A stretch of DNA of 63,718 nt, filler included, from Octopus bimaculoides (GCF_001194135.2; 6 parts of 6 records of this genome joined end to end with filler, not necessarily neighbours in it); one strand, 5' to 3'; positions 11,270-25,117 are shown, counted from the first letter of the whole stretch. Program-made: numbers and translations. Notes: generated by a model not told the origin, from the sequence alone.

Positions 11270-13500
11270 CCAGCCAAAATACAAACAAATGACAAAATCA
11301 ATTTCGCTACGGAAAACTTCACAGTCAACTTGAATGAATTAGAAAATTACAAAATTACAGCGGAAGATGGTACTAACGTCAAATCAACACTCGCGGAGGA
11401 AATAATATTATCCCCCCACCCAAGACATTATTTTTGCAGACACATTATCATTCAAAAAAAAAAAGAAAATACATATGGCTTCGAAAGAAGACATAGAAAG
11501 AATACATAGAAAATTTCACAAGATATCAGGTTTATAAAAAGAGGAACTTACTACGGACAAGTCGAGGTGAGGTTCGCTTCCGAATTGGTAGCGAAAAAGC
11601 ACTCAACAACACCTCGAAAGTCGGCAGAATTGATGTTACTGCTAACTTACATGGGAAAGCGAACCTCGCGAATCAGCCATTTTGCTAAATATGGAGAATA
11701 AAATCGCTATCCTCCAAGCTAATAGGCTTCACCAGGTGAACTGATATGGCCAAGCATAGAGCTTATCATACATGCCACACAACAGAACCTAGAAAACATA
11801 ACTGATCAGCGAATAATTCCCGATGGAACAGCTCTAATAATATTGGTCAAGGAGAGAAAACTTCGGTGTTACAAATGTAGGCAAAAGATCGAAATGCACA
11901 CGAGACCGACAGCAAACAGTACCCCCTCCACCAATCAACTCTGCATGCGATAAAATCACAGAACAAGTCACAAAGAAGCCAGTCAAAGCGCCGGAAAACC
12001 CCAAAACCGAAACCCCAAGAGAAATAAAAGAAAAGAAACTAGAGAATTCAGAAAAAAACAAAGAAAATGAAGACACCCAGAACGAATGGACAGTAATTAA
12101 AAACAAGGACGAAGGAAAATACATCCCCCACACACCAAAGAACGCATACACCCACACCTACTACAGACCGACCACAAACGCCCAACAGATTACCCACAAG
12201 ATCAGTTATTTAGAGGAAGCAATGAGGTCTGGCTCTGCATCCAACGTTTTGGCAGCGAGATTGGCGCTTGACCAACATCTGAAAGGTAAACACGAAGGAT
12301 GCATTGTCAGAGCAAAGCTACGTGCAATGGGACAAGAGGGAATCAACGTCGCTGGATGGGCTCCTGTGATAGAGGATCAACGTGGCAATGAGGCCACAAT
12401 ATGTTCTTTGACGAATCAACACGAGCGTTCAGTAAACGAACCCGATGTGATGTACAAGGTCTTTCACCACCATTTTGCCCAGGTATTTGGGAGGGTCGGT
12501 GGGCCTGCGCATAGAGAGGACGTTACGGATTTCCAGGCCGGTCTGCCGCTTCTCTCGGAGCAGGAAGTGGAATGCTGCAAGGGGCCGTTTACAGCTGCTG
12601 AAGTGGAGGAAGCTTTATTGGAATGCGGCGGGGACAGGTCGCCGGGGCTAAATAGTCTTCCCTACGAACTCTATTATAAAGTGCCAGACTTGTTTGTGCG
12701 CCTACTAGTATGCGTCTACCACAACTAGCAACAGAACATCTATACACCTAGGTTTGTGAACCAGGAAGGAGCGTGGTGATGCTAAGAAGGGACCAAACGC
12801 AAATGTTGGCTCGGGTCGTGGATAAACTACTTGGGAAGGTACAAACCTGCGTCATCTCTGGCAGGTCAATTCCAGACAATCTCCACTTTATATGCTATAC
12901 CTTAGAGAGGGCTGACAGAATTCCTAGCAAGTTTCCATTTAGACCAATCGAAAGCCTTTGATAGTGTTAAACATCAGTATCTAGCGGCAATCATTGTGGC
13001 AGCTTGGTCTGGCCCGATTTTCCATGAGTGTATCACCGCTTTATATAGCGACACCAAATCGATTGTTCGGGTAAGCAAGTTCTTTTCGGAACAGTTCTAC
13101 ATTGTGCGATTGAGTCCGTCAAGGATCTCCTCACTCCCCTACTATATGTTTTGACTCTCGAGTCATTACTGCGAGGATTGGGAACTGTGAGAGACATCCA
13201 CGAGATCTAGATTGCGGAAGTTCCGTTTCGAAATATGCGGACGAAATCATCGTAATCGTATCCAAGATCAAACACCTACAGTGGTTAGGTGAGGCCGTAA
13301 AGGATTACGGAGTGGTGTGGCAGGACAAAAATTAACTGAGATAAGTCTGTCGGGTTGCAAGTCGGCACCCGTAGAGACAAGTCGAAACCGCCAAGAAGGC
13401 ATCTTGCGAAACAGACGTTATTCTAACGAGAAACATTTAGTAATCACCCGAGGAGACACATCCACCCCGACGGGTACACCTAAACTAGATGTTCATTATC
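11270..13500 (+). mobile_element. L1/Tx1-like LINE copy 2: ORF1 relic joined to ORF2 linker and RT
   Basis: ORF1 relic (LLLTYMGKRTSRI, RKLRCYKC) resembles copy 1. SPGLNSLPYELY, DQSKAFDSVKHQYL, QGSPHSPLLYVL and YADEII are L1-type RT motifs in broken frames. Confidence 0.85.
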
Positions 13501-13657
13501 GCATCCTTAAACGATCGATGCTAGAGTGGTCGAAATAATTCGTGATCAAAACACTTTCTGGTATGTTCCTTCTTCCTTTTCTCTCATTAACCAAATATAT
13601 ATATACATATATATGTGTGTGTGTGTGTGTGCGTGTGTGTGTGTGTGNNNNNNNNNN

Positions 13658-13726
<69 letters not shown>

Positions 13727-13732
13727 ATACAC

Positions 13733-14053
13733 TTTAATAGAATGAGAACACTACATCATTATAGAAGACCGTAATTATCAGATAAGAAGTAAGTTTACAA
13801 ACAAAAGGTATCCCAAGAATACCGTAGGGATGCGGCTGGAGTCTGCCGCAGCCAACTATAAAATGGGAGAATAGCCAAATATATTGACCGTACAGGTTAA
13901 GAATGCAGTTTTTGAAAGTGTGTAATTGGCCTCGACAGACCCCAGTCACATGCCAACTGTATTTCTGTGATATTCTTTTGCTTATAAAATTAAATCTCAT
14001 CAGATAATTACAGTCTTTGTAATGGAGTAATGTTCTCATTTGTCTATTAAAAG
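13733..14053. mobile_element. Fold-back/MITE-like element with ~55-90-bp imperfect TIRs
   Basis: 13733-13787 (TTTAATAG-AATGAGAACACTACATCATTATAGAAGACCGTAATTATCAGATAAGA) matches the reverse complement of 13995-14053. Weaker match continues inward ~35 bp. Confidence 0.8.
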
Positions 14054-17011
14054 ATTACGGACGAAACAGTTGTAATCAGCTGACAGTTATCCATCGTATA
14101 TTATTATTCATTTCAATATAATACACCAAAGGAATTTACCACCAGTCTGACACCCTAGAGTATACCAAGAACGTACTATTTAAAGTAACGCGTGATTTGG
14201 ACCAGTCCCTTTGGGGCCAAATAGGGTTAGTTTTCTCTGAGTACATTTGATATTTTGACTCTCTCCAACAATAAACAGGAACCTGTGAAATTATCCGACC
14301 CTACCGGGTGCTTACTTTTTCAAGTACACCAGATCCTATCTGAACCTCATTTCCCTATATATATATATATGTTGAGGCACCAGAATTTAGTACGGTATTA
14401 TACATACAATTTCAAAATGAGGTGATTAAAATCAAAATAAGCATTGTTGCTAATTTTGATATATNNNNNNNNNNNNNNNNNNNNNNNNNNNNNNNNNNNN
14501 NNNNNNNNNNNNNNNNNNNNNNNNNNNNNNNNNNNNNNNNNNNNNNNNNNNNNNNNNNNNNNNNNNNNNNNNNNNNNNNNNNNNNNNNNNNNNNNNNNNN
14601 NNNNNNNNNNNNNNNNNNNNNNNNNNNNNNNNNNNNNNNNNNNNNNNNNNNNNNNNNNNNNNNNNNNNNNNNNNNNNNNNNNNNNNNNNNNNNNNNNNNN
14701 NNNNNNNNNNNNNNNNNNNNNNNNNNNNNNNNNNNNNNNNNNNNNNNNNNNNNNNNNNNNNNNNNNNNNNNNNNNNNNNNNNNNNNNNNNNNNNNNNNNN
14801 NNNNNNNNNNNNNNCATACAACACATAGAGTGGGAGAGAGACTAATAAATGAAAGAGGAAAGAAAGTAAAGAATGACTGTATATCGGTATAAATAACCAA
14901 TAAGATCGCCTGCATTTAAGCAATTGTTCAGATAAAATTGCTTTTTTTTTTTTTTTATTAATTGCAAGTAATATAAAATTTACGAAACAAGATTCGTAAT
15001 TAAATTAAGTTTTGTTACTGTTATTTTAAATCTGCTGAAATCTATGTTTAATTAAAACCTAATCGTTGAAATTTCGTCAATTAAGGGGTAAAAATGCTAT
15101 TATGAATTTCGACCCCCGTCTGACGGGGTTGGGGCATGCGCCTACTATTTATAACAAGAGAAGCCACCATGTAGAGGCTCCCTTGTTAACTCGATAAGTG
15201 CAAAGTTTTAAGAAGTAGTTGATATCGAATATCTCTATTTAAAGCCATTTAACTTTTCACCTTTTCAGTACAACTTTATTTCTCAATTTATATCCATTCA
15301 GCTTTAAAATTCCTAATTAGAACATGAGAAAGTTATACACAGATTAGCTAATTATAACATTCATTAACCTATTCAGGTAGAGAATTACAACAATTTAAAA
15401 TATAACGAGGTATAATGTTTGATGACCTGTTCATGTATACATTACAATTACAATTATGATTCTGATGATAGATCGCATAACACTCAGAGATATACGTTGG
15501 ACAAATTACAGAACGTTAATTAGTGCAATACTTTTCCGTTGAGAGTGTAAATCCCGTAATAACATTTCGTAAATTCCTATGTTGATAAATGAACTCAATA
15601 CTAACAAAATTGATGTGAATCACTGTAATATACCTAGGATTTGAATGAGAAACCATTCTGAATAAATTCAGTGGAATGATTTGTCGAATGTGTGGAAAGG
15701 ACCTAACTTTACAATGTTCTGTTCCTACGATCACGCACACTGACTGGTAAATTAGGCGACGTCTTCCATAGAAACATTTTGACATTATATTGCATGGGTA
15801 GCGGCATGAATATATTCCTCACAATCATGCAAACGTATTCATATATATGCGTATGTGTGAGTGTGTGTGTGTGTACGTAAGCATAGCAAAACGCACACTC
15901 GTCGTACGTACAAAGAAATGCATATACAAACATACACACATAGGCACGCACATAGTTATAGATGATGAGGTGTCTGTGTGTGCGCGCGAGTGCCTGGGTA
16001 CTGCGTGCGTGTGCGCGTGCGTGCGTGCGCGCGTGCGTGTGTGCGTGCGTGCGTGCGTGCATGCGTGCGTGTGTGTGTGTGTGTTTGTGCGTATGTTTGT
16101 GCGTAATTCCAGGAAGGTGTCAACGACAATCCTAAGGATAAGCAGAATTTATAATTAATTCCAATCTAGTACACGGAGTGCAGCTTTTCATTTGGAGCAA
16201 AATTATTATCTTACACGTGTTCATATATTTTTGTGCAACCCGTCAATTTAGAATTATTAGTATAGCTGAAACTGCATATCTCACGGTAACATTCCCACTA
16301 TTACGAAGGAAAATATAAGACACACTTGCTCATGCTGACTAGCGAATGGGGAAACTTCGATCACCTAATGCTATCCACAAATATTCATTACGAATCTTTT
16401 CTGTAGTCCTATTTAAAATCTGAAAAGCGAATGAGAATTTTACAGTGAGCTTCAACATATGCTTAAAATATTTAACTGTATAGACAATGTGTAGCTGAAT
16501 GGATATACATAGAAAAGAAAGAAGACAAAACAAAACATAGGTTTTAAAGGTATTAAGCCACCTCATAGATGTATTCTCTACTGAATAACGTCTTAAAAGG
16601 TATAAATGTGAACGCGCACGATTCTTACACACACACGCACAGACACATGCACACACACTCGCACGCACGCAAGCTCAATCACACATACACATACTACGAA
16701 TATATGTCTGCATGTATCTATGCTATAATGGATACAGCTGCGTATTGTTACGTTAGAATTATGTAAATTGTACCGAAAGGAACCATTTATTCATTTTATA
16801 TAAAATCCTTATAAACCCCGATTTCCAAAATGTGGTTTTTAAGCATTTATTTGTATTGTGAGTTTCAAAATTCTATTCACTACAACATGCTTTTTGTAAT
16901 GTCTAACATTTCTATCTCGTCTCTTCTACTGTTATTTTTTTCTCATCTTATTTCTTCCTATATTTAGTCATTCGTTTGTAAACGTTATTAATATTAAAAT
17001 GTACAAATATG

Positions 17012-17045
<34 letters not shown>

Positions 17046-17516
17046 TGTATATATATTTATATATANNNNNNNNNNNNNNNNNNNNNNNNNNNNNNNNNNN
17101 NNNNNNNNNNNNNNNNNNNNNNNNNNNNNNNNNNNNNNNNNNNNNNNNNNNNNNNNNNNNNNNNNNNNNNNNNNNNNNNNNNNNNNNNNNNNNNNNNNNN
17201 NNNNNNNNNNNNNNNNNNNNNNNNNNNATATATATATATATATAAGATTGAGAAAGATAGTTGAGTTTAACTCTAGGCTTTAAGAAACGCTGATGAGGAT
17301 CAAAAGCTGAAGTAGTAATCCGGCTATGTGCACTGGGGACTCACCTCCCTATGGCAATCATTAAAACAGTGTGTCTGTTGACTAAAGATTATTTTTATTC
17401 TTATGTTTAACAAAAGCGTTGCTAGTCAGTAACTTCTGTCACTTTTGTGACTTCTGTTAACTTGGTCTTTAGGTTATATTTACTAATACCTCACCCTTTT
17501 CATTTATTATATCTTA

Positions 17517-18110
17517 AGATCAGCACAAATGTCAGGGGCTTGAGGGCCGTCGTCCTCACGACGCTCCTATATGACTCTGAGTCCTGCGTTCCCTATTCTT
17601 GTCATCTCACTCTCTTTGTACGTTTTCACCAACATTGACTTCGTAGCATCCCGAGGTCCTTTTACTTGACACGACTAAGTTGGGTAGGACACGTTGACAT
17701 ATGAAACACCACCGCCTACCTAAGATCATCATGCACAGTGAGCTCGCCACTAGCCACCACAGCAGGATGGGCACCAAAGAAGCGTTACAAGGACTGCCTG
17801 AAGCAGTCCTATAGCGTTTGTGACATTGATTTTCGTCAGTAGTCTATTCTAACGCTGACCGTGCTGCCCGGTGTCATACTATCAGCCGTTTTCTCCTATG
17901 AGATCTCCTACAGTGCCTCTCTTGAAGACAAACGTCAGAGGCGAAAAGATAATGCAGCTGCATCATCACACCCAAGACAATCATAACTGAGTCATCACTG
18001 AAATCGGATACGTCGATCTGGATTATTAGCCACAAACGAGCGTGCAGACGACGTGGACAACAGTCTTCCTAATCTTCGTCAGGGAAGCCAAGCCAAGCCG
18101 AGAAAGGCTG
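17517..18110 (+). mobile_element. RTE/BovB-like LINE 3' fragment
   Basis: KISTNVRGLRAVVLTTLLYDSESCVPY...RFHQH, LSWVGHV, APKKRYKDCLK-like segment, and terminal ATCTTCGTCAGGGAAGCCAAGCCAAG resembling RTE 3' ends. Confidence 0.85.
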
Positions 18111-18238
18111 CGAGAAGAAGACGAAAGTCTTGATATAATGAAATCTTACCCTTTTGCATATGTGACGCTTCAGGACGTTGAGTAAATGGCTAAACTTAAA
18201 ATATTAATTGGTGTTAATGTTTCTATGGGGTTAACAGC

Positions 18239-21200
18239 GTGTATAAGTAATTAAAAAGTATTTTTTTGTTAAAATACCATAACGGGACACGCCAATAGGT
18301 TTAGAAAGAGAGGGAGGGATAGTGCCACAACGTTGTGAAGTAATTATAATAGTTCTTAAGATTATGTTAATAGTACTAATTAATATTTTATCCTAATAAA
18401 ATGCACATCAACTAATTACGATTATTTACTTACTGAAATGTTGTAAAGACCAACAACCTATTGCCCGTAATGGGATTGACCAAAGTCTAGCTTTCGATGT
18501 AATTGGTCAGTTAATTTTAAAAACAAAGGGCAAGCCTTTAAGAGCGTTATACGGATAAATGTATGTAAATAAATTAATAAAAAAGTAAAAGTATGGATTA
18601 ATAGTATATATAGGAAATGGCCCAGAAACTGCTTAAGACATTGTAAATAAAAAAAAAACATACAGACATGTAAACAAGTACCATGCGAAGGAATGAACAA
18701 CGCCCGCTGTATCATTAAAAGCTAGAGAGGTCCCTATTTGGTCAATTGTGAATTGAGGCGGTTGGTGGTGGGGGGGGGGGTAATTGGACAAATGCTTTAT
18801 AAAATAGAAGTGTGAAATTACACAAAAAAAGGAAATTAATAAATAGGAAAGGGAACAGGGTGATACATAAAGGTATAAACTTCGGTTAGAGGAAGACTAC
18901 AGTTAAGGGGAGGTAACCTACATTTAGAAAATTTAATACAAAGTATGACCTCTGAACTAACTACCACAGTACCCAAACATTGGACTCACTAGACAAAGAA
19001 ACTGTAAATGGCTAAACACTCCTAAATACATTCAGCCTAGTAGTCCTATGAAGAAGTATAAGTAAAAATCCCCAAATTAATTAAATGTTTACATTTTAAT
19101 TACTTGCTAATTATTATCATTGTTGCTGTTCCAGGCTCATACTATAGTTTTCTCAATCATACTTAATATATATTATTATAGTATTATTATTACTAACATT
19201 GTCGATATATCAACACTTGCTTGGGTGCATACATATGGGGGCTACAACAATTGCACTTCCATGTATGCATTAATATGCCTAAGAACCGTAATAGTTCATA
19301 GGAAAGATCCAAGTGCAATGCAAAGTACAAGCAAATACAATCTAAAGAGGGGTGAAGTTGATATCAAAGTGTTAAATGTTGTTATACGGGGCTGGGGGTC
19401 TGAAATGAGTAAATCAAATAGGAGGTCGCCAATAAATGGAAGTAGTCCCATTCTGACTGAAATTGGGTCCAGAATGAAATTAAGTTAAGCTAAACAAGCT
19501 AATGCAGATGTAGAAAAGTAAAGTTATTTGCAAATAAAGCCATTGCTAAGGTGGCTGGTCCAGACTCACTTTAGGGGGTGGTGGTAATGGAGGAAGAATA
19601 GGTACTTATGCCCTCTGTATTCTAAATGAAGTTCGTAATTAAACGAACTGCTATAATTAGGAGGGAGTGAGAAGGTTATATTAAGGATAAATAAATTGAT
19701 AAATATATTATATAATTTAGTTAGTATGTGTGGGAGGTGGAATTCTAAACTCGGTTATGTTGATGTAGGTATATTAATATTGGATTACCTATAAGAGGCT
19801 TAGGTGTGTGATACTATTAAACTAGCTTTAATTGGAAGTTAATAATGCAATCATTTAGTATCGAATTCCACTATTTCTGTAATAAAGAGTTGTGGGTGCT
19901 ATTTGTGAGGATCATGCAAAAGGGGTCCCTAATACTATTTCTATTTATAGAAGGTAAACTTACCTATGTGCAAGCAAGCTTATTTTTCTCTTCCCTCAAG
20001 TAAAGCAATGTGTGTCGGGCCTCTAGTATGGAAAAAATCTTCTTGATGCACAGATGGCATTTCTTATTTTTACATTGTACGTAAGTACGGAGGCGAGGAA
20101 TTTCCATTGTAAACCAAATATAATATTTTTATCTTTAGGTTCCCAAGTATATTTACTTAATCCGGACGAGTTAATCGTATTTCTATTTCTGAAAGCGTGT
20201 CGTGACTGGTAACTTGCACTGGTAACTTGCACCTTTTCTTTTACAAGTATTTCCAAGAGCGCAATTATACTTATTTCTACAGTCGCATAGGTTGTGCTGT
20301 TGATGAGAATTACTTACTAGTGGGTTGGTGTTAGATGCATTATGATTGATAGGGTTATTATGGTTGTGAATGTTATCATTACTACGTTTGCGTTAGCTAT
20401 GGGATTGTTATTCTTATTCTTACTATAGTTGCTATTGTTATTATTGTTGCTTATATAGTAATTAATAAAATGTCTATTTTTTTTTATTATTTAGGGCGGA
20501 AACGATGCTAGCTAAGTTATGTGTGAGACGGTAACATATCTTTACTAATATTCTATCAATGATTTCCGAATACCTGTTATCTTTATCAAAGTATTTATTT
20601 ATAATTTTAAATATTGATTTAGCTAAGTCCGTTCTAATTCGCATAGTGTATGGGAGTATAAGCCAATTAATATATTTCGCTGTTCCAGTTATCTTCTCGT
20701 GCAACACAATTTTATTGCTGTTAGAGTGATGCATGTGATGTTTATTTTTATTAGTATTAATTTTATTATCTATGCTATAAGCTTATTGATGATAAGATTA
20801 ATGTTATCTATGTTATAATACTATATTGTAATTCAATTGTTGGCGATTGTACTGGCTTACTACTTATATTGTTTTGAGTTATTGTTGTTGTCATCGTTAT
20901 TAGTGATAATATTGGCATCATTCATGCTTCGCTTAGTTCTCATCATTTTATTATTAGTTATATTTCTATTATTATTGTTGTTCTTTGTGTTACAAGTTCC
21001 ATTCTTGCTAGTGTCGTGAACTGTAAGTTACTGTGCTTTATTACTTAATATAGGCATTTTTCTATATTCTTTGTTATTGCTATTAATGTTATTAGTATTG
21101 TCCTTATTCATTGTTTTTTTTTTATATGGGATATATTTAATTTTACTCCTATAACCTGCTTCCTTTAGTGTCTCATTGTATTTATCTTTATGTGTATTGA

Positions 21201-21783
21201 ACATTTCCTCATGAGATGAGAGATAAGGAATTCCTTTACTATTGCTTTTTATAAGACCCTTTTTTTATAGATTGTGGATGATTACTTTGATAGTTTATAT
21301 ATTTTAAGTTAGAGTTATGCTTCATGTAAGGTTCATGTAATCTCGTATGTAAATTACAGTTAGCATCTAGGCAGTTGATAGAATAGTTTTCATTCTCTAT
21401 AGTGATAGATAAGCCGAATATATTGAAAAGCATGTACAGGTGTGTTTTTAAGCAGATCTAGGTGTCTGTTAGAGGAGTTTCTAATTTGTCTAGTTTCTAC
21501 ACTTTGTTTTTAAATTTAACTGGCCAATTATATTGACTGCTGGACTTTGGTCAATCTCATTAAGGGCAATAGGTGGCTGGTCTTTACATCATATCAGTAA
21601 GTAAAGAATTAGTAACTAAGTGATGGGCATTTTATTAGGATAAACAATTAATTAGTACTATTAACATAATCTATTATGATTACTTCAAAACGTTATGGCA
21701 CTCTCACTCCCTCTTTTTCTAGACCTATTGGCGTGTCCAGTTATGGTAATTATTTTTATTTTACTTTTTAATTACTTATACAC
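18239..21783 (-). mobile_element. Penelope-like element (RT C-terminus + GIY-YIG region) with ~290-bp inverted terminal arms
   Basis: Minus frames: FGLSITIEN..INCLDANCNL..PYMKHNSNLKYINYQSNHP; IFKIINKYF..YRLTHNLASIVSALN; SGLSKYTWEPKDKNIIFGLQWK. 18239-18528 and 21502-21783 are diverged inverted copies. Confidence 0.8.
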
Positions 21784-22129
21784 CAATTATTTAGTCTGTT
21801 ACACTTCTCGAGGCTGTTCGTTTCTTTTCTTTCCTTTTAGGTATTTTTTTTCACTCTGATGAAACTCCATCTTTCAGATAGCATGTGTTACCAAATAGGA
21901 TGAATATTATTTTCTGAATTTTCAATGGCAATACATTGGAAACAGAAACATCTGTTAGATAGGAGTCTATTTGTATTAAAAAGTAATAATTGATGATGGT
22001 CAATTGTTGTTGATCAATATTTCTCACAAAAATATCAGTGTCTCAGAAAGGAAAGCCTTTGTTATTTTTTACACGTAGCATAGTGAATAACCCTGGATAA
22101 GCATTACACATACAAGTTCAAATTTCTAA

Positions 22130-22707
22130 ACTATACAAGTTAACGATGCTTGGTGAATGACAGAAACTTTAGGCATCTCTCAGCTCTGATTGTTTTGTCC
22201 TCGGCTGTTAGGAAGTGACGGTGTCGTCGAACATAGCTAGTCATGCCAAGGTTCCTGTTCACAGTTCTGGATACTATTAAAAGACACGAATTGCGTTTCT
22301 CTGGAAAATTCGTCATCGATGTTGATGGTTTGGCTTCAATCGAGAGTTTGAGCCCAGCGAGGAACCAGACTGCGCTTGGAATCACATCGAGTTTTGTGTT
22401 TTTTCTCATGAATTTTCCCTCTTCTTTAATATTTGTTTATACGGAGGATCAACTGTTGCTTATGGAACTTTCGTCATCTTAAATTTTTTTTATTGGCAGT
22501 GTGCACAGCGCGCGCCAAAGCAACATAATCTATGGCCTAACGATTCTGTTGTTCCATGACTTTCTGTCGTGGAGTTAGTTCGCTATTTACCTGAAAATAA
22601 AGAGGGAGGTTATATTTGCAATCAAACAAGGCTTTGTCAGAAAAGGAAATTTTAAACGCAGTATGTCAACTGCTTAAATTTAGTATCAGTTTATCTGCAC
22701 AACCCTG
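22130..22707 (-). mobile_element. Tc1/mariner 5' fragment (HTH region) with TIR
   Basis: NLGMTSYVRRHRHFLTAEDKTIRAERC in ORF 22140-22409; end ...ACAACCCTG|TA at 22707. Confidence 0.8.
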
Positions 22708-22745
22708 TATATATATATATATATATATACATACATACATACATG

Positions 22746-22787
<42 letters not shown>

Positions 22788-24152
22788 NNNNNNNNNNNNN
22801 NNNNNNNNNNNNNNNNNNNNNNNNNNNNNNNNNNNNNNNNNNNNNNNNNNNNNNNNNNNNNNNNNNNNNNNNNNNNNNNNNNNNNNNNNNNNNNNNNNNN
22901 NNNNNNNNNNNNNNNNNNNNNNNNNNNNNNNNNNNNNNNNNNNNNNNNNNNNNNNNNNNNNNNNNNNNNNNNNNNNNNNNNNNNNNNNNNNNNNNNNNNN
23001 NNNNNNNNNNNNNNNNNNNNNNNNNNNNNNNNNNNNNNNNNNNNNNNNNNNNNNNNNNNNNNNNNNNNNNNNNNNNNNNNNNNNNNNNNNNNNNNNNNNN
23101 NNNNNNNNNNNNNNNNNNNNNNNNNNNNNNNNNNNNNNNNNNNNNNNNNNNNNNNNNNNNNNNNNNNNNNNNNNNNNNNNNNNNNNNNNNNNNNNNNNNN
23201 NNNNNNNNNNNNNNNNNNNNNNNNNNNNNNNNNNNNNNNNNNNNNNNNNNNNNNNNNNNNNNNNNNNNNNNNNNNNNNNNNNNNNNNNNNNNNNNNNNNN
23301 NNNNNNNNNNNNNNNNNNNNNNNNNNNNNNNNNNNNNNNNNNNNNNNNNNNNNNNNNTGATAAAATGACGTCATATGGTTTATTCATAAAATCTAAAGTT
23401 GCTTTTGTGTCCTACCAATTATTCTAGATCTAAGTATTAAGCGACTGAGTGGTGTTGTTAGGCGACTACATGATGGAAGAGGAAATGAGACATATCAGAG
23501 TTATACACGTTATTTCTATGTAAGCAGGTCTGAATATTGCACCTTCTGTTTATGAAAAGGTAGTAATTGATATTTAACTTATTCACTAATGTCGTATAGG
23601 TATAGGTTTAGTTTTAGAAATTCAGGATGAAATGTGACCAGCAGCAGTGTAATACCAGGTAATGACTATAGAAATGAAAGTGAGCTTACTAAAGATTTTA
23701 TACAAAAGTTGTACAATATTTGGAGGCGCTAGAATAATAAATATCGGTAAAAAAAACTAGACTTATGTAACATAGCAATTGCTTTTGGACATAAGAAATA
23801 GAACGCGAAATAAAAAAAAAAACTCAGCAAAAGTGCGATAATTCATACCTTGGAAGATAAATGCTTGCTTTATCATCAGAGCGTTAGCGCTGAGTTTCAG
23901 AGGAAACGTAATAAACACTGGGAACGTCATTGTTAATGTTGAATGGAAAGGGCAATGACTGAAGTACTTTCTACTGGAATATGCGTCGATTTTGAGCTTA
24001 TAATCTTCAGTGCATAATATTAGTATCGAGAGAATGTCAAAACCCACGATAAATACGGGTGGTCAAACCGTGTGTCTAAATGCGCATCTATCGACGGAAT
24101 GCTTCGTTTTCTAGATGCGTACTTCTAATGAAAACTGTTGATTTCAGTATGT

Positions 24153-24154
<2 letters not shown>

Positions 24155-24196
<42 letters not shown>
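24155..24196. repeat. (TAGA)n tetranucleotide microsatellite
   Basis: Direct reading. Confidence 0.95.
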
Positions 24197-24197
<1 letters not shown>

Positions 24198-24445
24198 GGA
24201 TATATATATGTACATATATATATGTGGGCATGTGGGTGGTGGTGTGCGGTGCGTGGGCGTGGGCGGGTATAATTAATGAATTAATTAATACACTATCGTT
24301 ATAGGAAGATCCGATAGGAAATCTTGATGTACATGGGGGATGAATTTTTGGCAAGGGATTTTTACGCTGTAAACCGGGCGGTGTACGTCGCTGGATTTCG
24401 GTTGACTGGTTTGTTTACATTCTGTAAGAAAATAACGATGGTAGG

Positions 24446-24545
24446 NNNNNNNNNNNNNNNNNNNNNNNNNNNNNNNNNNNNNNNNNNNNTTAATTAATTA
24501 ANNNNNNNNNNNNNNNNNNNNNNNNNNNNNNNNNNNNNNNNNNNN
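24446..24545. other. Artificial scaffold spacer (44N-TTAATTAATTAA-44N)
   Basis: Linker at 24490-24501; 100 bp total. Confidence 0.95.
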
Positions 24546-25117
24546 TATATATATATATATATGCGGGGAGTGTATACGTATGAACGTAATTATGTATACA
24601 TGAATATATGTATAAATATATGTATATGTATTTGGGAGAGAAACTACATAACATCCCCTATATAAACATACCTGCCATTATAAGTCTTCTTGTGAACTCT
24701 ATAAGTTTCACGAGCGTTTGCCACTTGTTTCGGTCAAATTGCTAAAGAGTAAACATCTATCAATTTTGAACGAATAAAGGCAGCTCTTTAAGGAACAATA
24801 ACTTTAGCAACATCTATGTTGTACCTTTTTGCCATTGTTTTCCGTTTATATTGATATCTTCAGTTGAATGAAGATAACAGATTATTAACTTGTACCACAA
24901 TTTGTGGAATCAGTCTACCTATACTACATAGTAATCTTAGCGTATCTGTACCATATATTCATATTTACTTAACAATTATATTAGAAGTTTAAGTGAATCT
25001 ATATATTTGTTCATATAAAAAAAATCACACACACGTACACACATACATATGTTAATACAAAATCATAGCATTCGAATTTAATGACCCATGTGTTTGTTGT
25101 TTTCATTTGATACATAC

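Noticed and set aside
15680-15750. C2H2 zinc-finger-like CRMCGKD
   Set aside because: Lacks the conserved F/L/H-H spacing and is flanked by stops.
17289-17325. CTGATGA-GGAT...ATCC hammerhead-like start
   Set aside because: Stem II is followed by GGCT, not GAAA, and no stem I/III is found.
19100-19900. Mitochondrial insertion suggested by strand-skewed AT-rich composition
   Set aside because: No mitochondrial protein, rRNA or tRNA motif was recognisable in any frame.
23843-23969. Minus-strand exon candidate with CAAG|gtatga donor
   Set aside because: The single open frame resembles no known protein and is not phase-compatible with the nearby downstream candidates; left unsupported.
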